Shown piece after piece: positions 1-10,398 of a DNA stretch of 64,000 bases (positions are counted from its first letter, which is position 1; each line of letters begins with the position of its first letter). The position numbers were made by a program, and so were the translations under genes. Below the pieces are notes generated by a model. It saw only the letters and a program-made list of their open reading frames with translations. It searched no databases and had not been told where the DNA came from. Source of the DNA: Chrysochromulina tobinii (taxonomy: Eukaryota); NCBI GenBank assembly GCA_001275005.1, contig JWZX01003090.1, positions 1 through 64,000 of the forward strand, read 5' to 3'.

Positions 1-129
1 GGCACTTCCACCTGCGATCTCCCCATTATGCTGCCGTAAGCGACGAAACGGATCCGGTGAGTAGCCTACGTACGTCCGGCGCGTATGGACGCTTCGCAGC
101 AGGTCAACGTTGTGAGCCGAAGGCTCGAG

Positions 130-545
130 TCAGAGGTCGTCGTCCTCGTCGCTCGGAGCGAGCGCCGAATTACGACGTAGTGTCTGGAGCTCGCAGTAGG
201 AGACCGTGGTGGGCCGAAAGCTCGAGCGTTGCATGAAACGCAGCATTGGCGCGCGGGCGTCCGCAGCGGCGGCCGGTTGCGCGCGTACGCACTCAGCGCC
301 GAGTTTAACACGATCGCGTTGGCGCGCACGTTGGCTGAGCGTATCGCCTGCACCTGCCACATCGCGTGTGTCGCTGTCGCTTGGCGCTGCACGCGCATGT
401 CGCGCGGCAGCTAGCGCGCGGGCTTCCACAGCGTTAGCCGGTTGCGCACGTACGCACTCAGCGCCGAGTTGAAGATGATCGCGTCGGCGCGCACGTTGGT
501 TGGACGCATCGCCTGTACCAGACGCAGCGTGCGTGTCGCTTGGAA
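130..545 (-). pseudogene. Degenerate pentatricopeptide-repeat (PPR) gene relic
   Basis: Two ~80-nt diverged repeats (about 270-353 and 438-520) translate on the minus strand as VQAMRPTNVRADAIIFNSALSAYVRNR and VQAIRSANVRANAIVLNSALSAYARNR. A third PPR-like piece (MLRFMQRSSFRPTTVSY) lies in another frame. An in-frame TAG separates the first two. Confidence 0.5.
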
Positions 546-1056
546 CCCCTCACAGCACGCGGCGACTGCGGAGTAGGTCCGACGGCCGAGTGTCGTTGAC
601 GTCTAGGACGGCGATTGGTACGTCGGATGTAGCATCATTCGAATCGTCGCCCTTTGATCTATCGGACTCCTGCACGCCATGAGCATGCTCGATGAAGATG
701 AAGAGTATGAAGACGAAGTGCTGTACGAGCGCCGCGGCACGCCTGTTTTGCGCAGCGCGCGCCCCGAGCTCGTCGTGCCCACACCCCGGACGAGTCGGCT
801 CTGGCCTGGAGCCCCAAATTCGAGGTTATGGCCTCGAGCATGCGCTGCGACGGGGTTGCGCGCCTCGATGAGGCAGAGCCGCGTCCCGGGTTTTCCGGCC
901 GCTGTCTTGGGTGGTTACGGGGTGTGAAATTCGGGAAATGGATTTCACTCCCGGCGCAAACGCACACCCCATCCTGACACATCCAGCCTCGACACACTCT
1001 CTCGCAAACAAGTTTCTCCCCCGTAACGGTCGCCGCCAAGTCACCTCCAACGGCAT

Positions 1057-2039
1057 ATGGTGCGTTCTGGAGCTCGCGCGCCGCCCTCCCGCCCGCTGCC
1101 TCGCCCTCGCGGCTGAGCATCCATCGTCGCTCACGATGCGCGCCTCGCCATCACCCCGCGCAGGTGCTACTTCACATCAAGCGCTCAGAGAAGGATTCCT
1201 TCCTCTACGAGGCTCCCGCAGCAACGGAGGTCGACGTCGTGGTCAACGATGTTGTCAAGGTGCAGAACCTACGCGGCAAGGTGAGCCGGCTCGCGGAGGC
1301 GGCCGGGCAGCTTGCATTGTACGGCGTGATGAAGCTGCCCGAGCAGCAAGGCCTCGACGACAGCACGCCGCTCCTCGAGGACTACGACACGACCACGGGC
1401 AACATCGCGCCGCGGCAGCCGCCCAAGCATGGCGCCAACTACCGACAGGACCCGACGGAGAAGCGCACAGGCGACGCGGCGTCGGATGAGCTGGCTGCCG
1501 TCATCAATCGATGCTGCGCCGACGCAATTGCGCTCATCAAAGAGGAGCGCGTGCAGCGCAAGCAGGCGACGACGGCGGCGGAGCTCGAGGAGGCGATCAA
1601 CAACATCCGCGGTGCGGTGATGATTGTTTACCCGATGGGCCTGCCCGACTACGACATGGTGCGCTGCATCCTCGAGGAGCGAGAGGCGCTCGAGGGTGCG
1701 CAGGCGATGGAGCTCCTCGACCCGGAGAAGACGTCCATGTGGTGCTTCAACAAGGAGCTGCAGCGCGACAAGCTGCTCTCCGAATACACAGGCAAGAACG
1801 ACAAGTCGAAGGTGGTGGTCAAGCTGCAGAAGAAGGGCGCGGGCGCGCCCGCGCGCGAGCCCGTCGTCTCCGAGGCCGAGCAGAAGGCCATGGTCGCCTT
1901 TTACCACAAAAAGGAGCAAGAGATGCAAAAGCTCGCGCTCGAGGACGAGGACGCGTATCAGAACTCGCAGTGGGCTAACCCCAAGGGGCTCAAGTCGGCG
2001 ATGACCGGCGTAGGCGAGGTCAAGTGGCGTGGGCGGTAG
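1057..2039 (+). CDS. CFAP298: Cilia- and flagella-associated protein 298 (C21orf59/FBB18). Exons 1057-1059 and 1164-2039
   Basis: Spliced start MVLLHIKRSEKDSFLYE. Family motifs RGAVMIVYPMGLP.YD, Y.GKNDKSKVVVKLQKKG.GAPAREP and SQWANPK.LK. Intron GTGCGT...CGCAG at 1060-1163. Confidence 0.92.
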
Positions 2040-2854
2040 GGCGAGCCAAGCCGACGACCCGCCGCGGCGCACTCTGCACGCGCTTAGGACCGAGAGGGAC
2101 GGTGAGCGATCTAGCTGAGTTCGGATGTTATGCGGATGTCTAGAGAGTGACGGCGATGGAGTCTCAGTGCCTCAGCGCTGAGCGCAGGTGGCCGCACGAC
2201 GAGCGGGCGGTGCCCTACCGATTGTACGGGCAACCCCGAGCGCCGAGTGTTATGCTTCTATTGATTTGAAAAGCCCGTCGTGACGGATAAACTCATCGTA
2301 CCCGCTCCCCCGGCCTCCGGAACCCGCGCCTTAGCGTAGAGTTCTCCGTACTAGTGGCCCGAAAGGGGAAGCCGCGGTTCGCAACCGGGGGGAAGAATCC
2401 GCGTGGTAGAATCCATTTTCCGAAACGCGAACTCGACCGTCGTTGCAGCAGTCGTGTGCGCTCACGCTAATCCAACGTATCAATCTTCTACGTAATCTCA
2501 TACGAAACCAACCGAGAACAAGGAGCAACCGATTCGAGAATGCAGTATCGAGCTATCGACCGGCGAGCGCAAGGGACCCCCCGCGGAAGCGTCGAATGAT
2601 CCCTGCGTGCAGTGGGCCGCCGGTTCGGCCGCCCCACATGCCCGCTAGGCCGCGCCGCGCCCGGAGAGGCCGCATCGGGTCCCCCCTCTGGCGAGCCGGG
2701 AGGCCCGCAGCTGTGGTGATGCGCCCAGCACGACGCGCACGGCCGTTCCTAGCCGCGGGTCCCCCTGGCGAGCGCAGGGTCAGGCCCGGCCTCCACGAAG
2801 ACTACAACAACAAAGGGAGGCACGCGCAGGCCCATCTCAAGAGGTCGCACGGGC

Positions 2855-5594
2855 TCACTTGGAGCTGCCTTTCTCCTCCATGGACCCACGGGGCTTGGGC
2901 TGTCGATATTCGGCCGATATTCGTTGCTCGGGCTTCGCCAGTGCGAGCTCGACTGAGGCGACCTCCTCCGAGAGCTGCTGCTGGATGACTTGATGGCGTC
3001 GGCGCGTCTCCTGAACTTCCCACAGCCGGCGTGCGAGCGCCTCTTCGGACTGCAACAGCTCCGCCTCCTGCTGCGCGACGCGCTCTAGCTCGAGACGGCG
3101 CGCCGAGAGCTCCTGCAGCATGGCGACGCGATGTCGCTCCGCTACGGGCTCGTGCTCCACCTTCGCGCTGAAGGCGACCAGGCTGAGGAAGTTTGTGTTG
3201 CGCAGCTCGAGGGCGTACACGCCACTGCCGGGCACGGCCAGCTCGATGGTCTCGGCGGGCGCGTCCGCGAGGACACACGGCAGCGGCACGGGCGGTAGCA
3301 CCGGCCCGCCTTCGCCCGCCTCGGCAAGGAGGGTGAGCAGAAGCCCGGTCGTGGACGGCCGGATATCGACAGTGGCGACCGAGGGGGAGGCCAGCACGAG
3401 AGGCAGGTGGATGAACGCGCGAGGCGCAAGCGTGACCGCATTCGAGCTCCACAAGCCCCGTCGGCGGCGGCGGGGTGGGCGCTTGAAGTGGGCCTCCGAT
3501 GGGGACGCCAAACGTAAAATTCGCCTGGCGCTTGGGATCGACGGGGGGCGCCCGCCCGTCATGCGCGGCGGCACCACCGGCCGGCTTGGAGGCAGCGGCG
3601 GCGCGTTGGGCGAGGAGATGGGACCACGAGCCCTCCGAGCCGTCGGCGACCTTTTGCAGCTCCCCGTCGCGGATGGCGTAATGGCCGGGGGTGGTGATGG
3701 CGACGCACCTGCAGCCGCGCTTGCGCAGCGTGTAGCCGCGCATGCGGAGCACGTCGGGGCATTCCTTGGCGCTGATCACTGTCGGAGCGAGCTCATCGAA
3801 CTGCCAGCCCTCGTTGACGATGGCGAGCGAGTGTACCACGAGCGTGGCAGCGTCGCAAACAGAGATGTCGAGTGCGCCGTCGAGCTGCAGCGCGAGGATG
3901 GCGACCCGACGTCCGCTCAGGAGGAGGGTGGAGCGGTCGCTCACTCGGATGAGCTCGGGCGATGGGAGCCGGGCGCGTAGCTCTGAGAAGCAAGGCGCGA
4001 CGCTAGGATGAAGCACAACGGCGGGGCCCAGCGGCGCGAGCACTCCCTGGAAGGAGCGGTCGACGGGCAGCGGCACCGTAGCACCGAAGGCTCGAAGCGT
4101 CGCCGCATGGGCATTGTAGATCGCGAACTCGGCCGTGGCGGCCGCGTAGGGTGGAACTCCCTTGGCAGAGAGCGCCGCCGCGGTGGCGAGGTCATTCTTG
4201 GCGGGGAAATAACCGTACGTGGGCGGGTAGATGACATAGCCGATCGGCGCCGCCGCGGGGTACATCCACGCCACGTTTTGCATCAGGCACTCGAGACGCG
4301 TCGAGCTCTTGAACACGGTCCGGCTGTGATCGGTATACTTGGGGTTCACAAACTCGTCCACCTGCCCACGCGTCGCCTTGAGCACCTCCAGATACGGCGC
4401 CATAGCGAGCAAGATGCCGTTCGTGTTGCCCGGGTACGCTGAGTATCCGTTGGGCTGGTTGACATCGCCGTTGGCGGCGCCGCCTTTGGCGCCCGCCGCG
4501 GAGCTCTTCGCAAGCAGCGGCTCGATCTCATTGTACTCGACCGGTACGATCGGGCGGGTGGTGCCGCTCTCGTGCACCATGGTCGCAAGCATGCCCAGCG
4601 CCATCTTGGCCTTGCGCGGCGTCGCCACGAAGGTCACCTCGAGCCCACGGCTCGCTCCGACCCCGAGCGACGCGATGTAGTGTGAAAAGTACAGGGTGGA
4701 CGAGTCCTGAAGGAAAAAGAGCCAGCTCACGCCCTCGCGCGCCCAGCGCGCGGCGAGGCCCGTGGCATGCAGCAGCGCGTGCACGTCGCCGTGGCCATGC
4801 GGTTTCGTCTGCACCCGGTACGGCGAGCCTGGCTCCAGAGCGAGCTTTGCGGACGCGTCAGCGAGCGCCGCCACGTTCTTCTGCAGCAGCAACGTCACTT
4901 GCGACGGCGCGAGGCCGAAGTAGTGGTTTGCCTGCAGCATCTGCTGCGTGCGTGCGTGTGTCTCGTGGGATGTCATGATCGCAAGCGGCAGTCGCACCGC
5001 GCGCCCGAGCCGCTCCGTGAGCAGCGACTGCAGCGACACGATGTGTGCGCAGTAGTGCTGCAGCACAGGAATGCCGCTCACGATCTCGCACGGCAGCGAG
5101 AGCTTAATGCCCGAGTAGCCGAGCCGCTCGCCAACACCGCCAGCCACGACCACGAAACCCAGGCGCACCGCCTCCTCGAGGCCGCGCGCCTCCATCGCGA
5201 ACGACTCGGCCGACGTCGGGTCTAGTGAAGTTCCTGCGTCCGCAGGCGGCAGTGCAGGCGTCCAGCCCTGAAGCGGGTTGTCGCCCTTGGCGCTTGCCGC
5301 GAGCAGCCGCCGAGCGGTGACGACGTACGCGGACAGTCCGCCCGGGTAGGCTGCGTCGAGCGAGGCCAACTGGTCGAAGAACACGTGCTTCTCGGCGTCG
5401 TCAGTGCCCGGCTCCGCCCACTTCTCGAAGAGGTGGGCCTGTCCACACCCGAGCAGCGCGTTGGCGAGGCTGAGCTCGGCCACGTCTAAGAGGCCTGCAT
5501 TGGCCACGAGCGCGGGAGGCGCAGCCGCGTCGAGCAAAGTGCGGGACGCCGCGCTACAAGTATCGGCAGGACGCTCGGGCTCGGATGTGTCCAT
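2855..5594 (-). CDS. USP: UDP-sugar pyrophosphorylase with a C-terminal beta-rich and coiled-coil extension (frameshift near 3440)
   Basis: Motifs VVVAGGVGERLGYSGIK, IMTS, TKPHGHGDVH, FVNPKY and TRLEC.MQ. Coding-like sequence continues in a second frame (ORF 2855..3577). Confidence 0.88.
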
Positions 5595-6192
5595 CGCTGG
5601 CGTCCGGTCTTCACGCGACGTCGACTGTGAAAAGGGTCGTCTTGGGCCGACTTAAACATGGCTGTGAAAACTATTGGCTGTGAAAATGGGGGAATCGTCC
5701 TGCGCATAGGGAAACAGTCAGCAGCGAGACATTGTACCCGGTCCAACAGCAAGAGTCACAGTCACTGTAACAGCTACATCTTCATGTCACATCAGCAGGA
5801 GCCGGTGCGTAGCTACAGTACACCGGCGTCAGAAACGCGGTTCGGGTATCGGGAGGTTCGGTTCAATTGCTACGTATAACGGAGAGTCAGTGAGATACAT
5901 TTTGTGCGACATACCCGGGTATCATACCGCGTGAGGATATCATACCATGCGGATTCCGATACGCCTTATTGTTCATAGCTTCATACCCGGATACTGTACT
6001 CGATCGGGGTTCACTAGCGCAAGGGTGTCAAGTTGCCTGACTACGGCACAAATGGAGTTTGAGTGAATTTCATCAAGTCGTGTCTCTCAAACGTCAATCA
6101 GCGCGCAGGGTTTCAAGCCCAGGTGCTGATACAGATTCGGCATTCGCGCACGTGCGCGCGGCTCATCGTTTCCCGTCTGACCAGCGTCTGAC

Positions 6193-6939
6193 CTAGTACG
6201 GTGGCCGATTTAGCTTTGGTCGATTGAGTTTCGCCTGCTTCCGATTGAGCCATGCTGCTGCTGGACCAACTGCACTATGGTCCAAGAAGGAATCCTTGCT
6301 CGTCGAGCGCCGGATATCGTGGATGCCTGCTGTGGGCGTCCACGGCGGCGGCCCTAGCGGAGGCGGCTTGCAAGGCTGACGCCGCTCTGCAGTATGGCGC
6401 GGGAAGGCGTCGCGGCTCGTCGAGCGACTATAGTCTAGCCATCCATACGCATCTTCGCTCGACCAGAGTGGGTTGGGGTTGGTGTGCGGCGGGCAAGGCG
6501 TTCGTCTCGGCATGCGAACGCCCTGAAATGCGTCCGTGCTGGTACTGGTGGGCGCGGGTACCCTCTCGCCAGGCCATCCGTACGGAGCGGTATCGCGAAT
6601 CGCAGGCTTGCAAGCCTCCTGCTGGCGCACATGGTGATAGGTGAAGTGGCTGGCGCTGGTGCTCCGCGGCAGTGGCACGTTGGCAACTTCGGTCTGCCAG
6701 ATCGGCTGCACCTCACTCACTTTGTGCTGTGCCGGCTTGAACTGTCCCCTTGGCCATTGCCCGCTAGCCGCTCCCAACGGCGGTTGTGTGTAGTGCGCCC
6801 TGCTTGTGGAGAGCCGATCCGGAGTGTCGACCACCATCGTCCACGGCGGTCGTACTTCACTGCTAAAGTCACGCAACTTAGGTTGGCTATATTCACGCAG
6901 AGTAGGGTGAGCGGAGATTGGTCGAGCGGCCATCATCAT
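6193..6939 (-). CDS. SAXO/MAP6-like protein with Mn-type motifs (putative microtubule inner protein)
   Basis: Regularly spaced motifs STSRAHY, STSASHF, STSTDAF, STSRDAF, STSKDSF, each followed by Pro/Arg/Cys-rich linkers. ATG at 6939. Confidence 0.55.
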   Translation of the reverse strand: MMMAARPISAHPTLREYSQPKLRDFSSEVRPPWTMVVDTPDRLSTSRAHYTQPPLGAASGQWPRGQFKPAQHKVSEVQPIWQTEVANVPLPRSTSASHFTYHHVRQQEACKPAIRDTAPYGWPGERVPAPTSTSTDAFQGVRMPRRTPCPPHTNPNPLWSSEDAYGWLDYSRSTSRDAFPRHTAERRQPCKPPPLGPPPWTPTAGIHDIRRSTSKDSFLDHSAVGPAAAWLNRKQAKLNRPKLNRPPY

Positions 6940-7923
6940 GGCGGGGTCGCCCGACCACCGGGAGTGATGAGCGCCAGGGGCAGACCCGCTCAAAGGAAAC
7001 CTTGGTTGGACGTCGGTGTAGCTGTGGGCGGTCGGGAGGGAGTTTGTCCGGCTGACGAAAGCACGAAACGTTTCGACAATCGTTTTCCACAGCGCGGCGT
7101 CGCAATTGGAACACCCACAAAATTTTCAACGTCACCACATCCTAAGGGGGAGAGTGCGGCGGCCCCGCCCTACGAGGGCTGGCCCCGACGACCCGCGTAC
7201 ACGGTCACGGAAATAAGCGCTCGCAAAATGCACCCCCTGAGGGGCTGGTAAGCTGGTGGGTGTGACGAAGACTTTGGGGGCTGATGGGTCTTGGGGGTAC
7301 TCATTCTGCAAATGCCGGCCCGGCGGTATTGCTTTTCTTCGTAGGCCGTCGCGCGGGGGCGGGGCGCCGGCAAGGCCAAGGGGGCGCCGGCCGCTCGCGA
7401 GGCCGAGCTCAAGCCTCAACGCTCAAGGCTAGTCCACTGTCCACAAGGCGCGCGTGGGCCCGCGGGCGGGCGTGGGCCGGCAGGGCGGGGAGAGACCGGA
7501 CCGCGACAACGGCGCACATCGAGCGGCGAACGCCGACACCATGTCACGTCGACAGCAAACACGAAGAACCCGCTTCCGATGTCGCGCCCCTAAACGCGCC
7601 CCCGCCCCCGGCGCGGCGCGGACCCCGACCGGCGCCACCGCCAGCGCCGCCGGGACGCGGGACCGCGGAGCGAGTTCTCGTTAACGCTCAGAGAAGCCGG
7701 TCGATGGTCGCTGCTGCGCGTTAGGTACGGCCCGATGTAACTTGAAATAACTTCTGTGATCATGCTCACTGTGACGTGGAGACATCGCACTTACATGACA
7801 CACGCAGCGGGGGACTCTGGAAGAGCTCGGCCAAGGGAAAATGTCGAGATCTGACCGTGCGGGGCTTCAGCACCCTGTGCAGCACATTTTGTTGACAACG
7901 GGCAGGCTCTGCAACTTCGACTA

Positions 7924-8125
7924 TCATCGGTCCTGAAGGAACGACGTGAGTACATCTGGAGGGCAGGTGCCCAAGATGAAGATAACGAGGAGCAAGATAA
8001 TCAGGAGCGTGGGCTGGCCTCCGTCGGCACCCTTCGGCGGATGCTTAAGTGCCACCTTCGGCCTCGGCGGCGGTGGTGAAGGCGGCGGTGGCGGCGGCGA
8101 GGGTGGAGACGGCGAGGGTGGAGGC

Positions 8126-8166
<41 letters not shown>

Positions 8167-8319
8167 ACCTGAGAGCTCAGGAGAGAGCTCCATGGCAGCG
8201 GGCTCCAGTTCCTGTCGCGGTCGCGCGCGCTCGCTGCTGTAGAAGACCAGAGCGACTAGCAGCAGTGCAATGCCGCCGGTCCGGAGGACCGCTGGTCCGG
8301 AGGACGACCTCGTCAGCAT
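7924..8319 (-). CDS. Small membrane protein with a polyproline linker between two hydrophobic helices (3' end may be spliced)
   Basis: GGIALLLVALVFY, then a long poly-Pro/SP tract, then LLIILLLVIFILG. Confidence 0.55.
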
Positions 8320-8639
8320 GCCGCAGAATTCACCGGCGGTGCGAAGGTCCTCACGAAATCGGTGATCGCCAGCCGATTTAGCGAATGCAAAAGTTAGAAG
8401 TTTGTCTTTGAAGTTTGTATTTCAAACTTGGGCCGGCGTCAACATGCCATCGGGGAGGTGGAGCATTCCGCGCGCAGCGCATTCACACGTCGCACACACA
8501 ATTGCACCAATCATAAAAAAAGGCTCGTCGTGTCAGCGTAACAGGAATCGAGAGTGGAGGCCGGCCCCCTTCCGGGTGCACGCGCCAGAACCCAAACGCG
8601 AGCGCAAGCACAGGACATCTAACCACCGCGTAAGCCGTC

Positions 8640-10026
8640 TCAGAAAAGGTCATCCAGGTTGTTGATCGAGGCCTTGATGTTCTTGATATGCTTGTGTCCG
8701 AGGAACTCCTTGTCCAGGGACTCAACGCCCATCGCGTCGATAGCCTGCAGGCCACGCTTGCCCATCGCTGCATCCGCGACCGTGTCGCGCGCGAGCACGT
8801 CGACAAACTCCTCGTAGCTGATGCTGCCGTTTCCGTCCTTGTCGCACGCGTCGATGATGGACTGGAATCGCCCCCTGTCCATTTGGAGGTTGAACCGATC
8901 AAAGGCGTGATAGAGCTCCTTGGGCGAAAGCGTTCCCGAAGCGTCCAGGTCGAGGTCTTGGAAGGCCTTGCGCATATTGGAGAACTTAGCGTTGATCGCA
9001 TCGCGTGCCTGATTCAGCGCGGCCTTTTTCTGCGCCTCCGTCTGGACGGGCGCATTGGCGGAGGCGGCCATCATGGTCTCGTAGTCTTTGTTGATGGTGG
9101 CCTTGTCATTCTTGTAAAAGCGATTGCCCTCATTCTTGAGGAACTCCTTGCTCAGGGATTCGACACCCATCGCTTCGAGAGCCTGCATATCGCGCTTGCC
9201 CCATCGCCGCAATTGTCACCGTGTCGCGCGCGAGAACATCTACGAACTCCTTATAGTCGATGGAGCCGTCGCCGTCCGCATCGCACGCGGCGATAATCTC
9301 CTTCAGCTTCTTCTTGTCGAGCGGTACGTTGAACATGTCGAGCGCTTGCGCAAGCTCCTTCTCATTCAGCGTACCCGAGTGGTCGAGGTCGATGTATTGG
9401 AAGGCCTTGAACATGTCCTTGAACTTGTTGTTGATTGCATCCTGCGCTTGCATGACCATCGAGCTCTTCTTGAGCGCCTCCATCTTCTTCTTCTTTGCTG
9501 CCTTCTCCGCCATCGCAGCGGCGTTCAAGGCTCCCCCCGCTCGAGCAGCCTCGGCAGCGGCAGCGGCATCGGCGGCGGCGGCGGCGGCTTGACGCGCCTC
9601 CCGCCGGAGCCGCGCGCGCTCCTTGCGCTCGAGCGCTTGGGCGTAGAGCTCCGACGCGAGCACCGCGGGTCGGTCGTGCTTGGGGAACGGAGGCGGCGTC
9701 ATGCGCGACTGCTTTTCGGCATCCGCCTTCATGAGCGCCAGCTTGGAGTACTTATCGAGGGAACGAATTGCAGGTAGCTTTGGTTTGGGGCTCGCGGAGG
9801 GATCAAAAGCAGAAGCCCCCGGGATGTCTATCGCTGGGAACGAGACTGAAGTTTTCAATTTTGGCATGCCAAGATTAGGGTCCGTGCGCACGCGGCGCAT
9901 AATCGCAGTGCCTGCGAAAGGGTTGCGCTCGTGGACACCCTGTACATACTGCTTCCAGAAGTCACCCTCTGGCCGTCTGCCAGTCTCATCGAACCTGCTG
10001 ATCAGTGTCGACGCGGAGCGACGCAT
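8640..10026 (-). CDS. EF-hand calcium-binding protein with a duplicated EF-hand-pair module (+1 frameshift at 9199-9202)
   Basis: EF loops DLDHSGTLNEKE, DADGDGSIDYKE, DLDASGTLSPKE, DKDGNGSISYEE. The two modules share FVDVLARDTV..AAMGKR..QA..AMGVESL.KEFL once one G is removed. Confidence 0.85.
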
Positions 10027-10198
10027 CGCGCCCAGTCGGTCTCGGTGCGCAACCACACGAGATGAAACCGACAGGCAAGTTTGTCACCAATGCTTCGGGT
10101 CCGTTTCAACAAGGGGCCCCTTGGTTTCAAATACACCGTGCGGAGTTTCACCCGTTACTACGAATGGAGAGATGATTGCCCGGGCAGAGCGCATCCCA

Positions 10199-10222
10199 GC
10201 CTCGAGGCCTCGAGGCCTCGAG
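10199..10222. repeat. (GCCTCGAG)x3 self-complementary tandem repeat
   Basis: Read directly from the sequence. Confidence 0.85.
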
Positions 10223-10300
10223 GGGGCCTCTTCAGCCTGGGATCAAGGGCCTGTGATGCGCTCTGCCCGGGCTATCATCTGATACCGGTCCTCTGACTAA

Positions 10301-10377
10301 GTTGAGTTGAGTACTTGAGTTGAGTTGAGTTGAATACTCGGGTACTCATGTGTACTTGATTTGAGTGACTTGAGTTT
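10301..10377. repeat. Degenerate (TTGAG)n microsatellite next to the retroelement's left end
   Basis: gttgagttgagtacttgagttgagttgagttgaa...ttgatttgagtgacttgagt. Confidence 0.85.
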
Positions 10378-10398
10378 CGTGAGCATGTCGCTAATTAG

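Noticed and set aside
2300..2800. GC-rich intergenic stretch (similar ones at 7140-7740, 37560-38400 and 59990-60770) as rRNA spacer, ncRNA or transposon
   Set aside because: No recognisable RNA motifs, terminal repeats, long stems or credible ORFs by eye.
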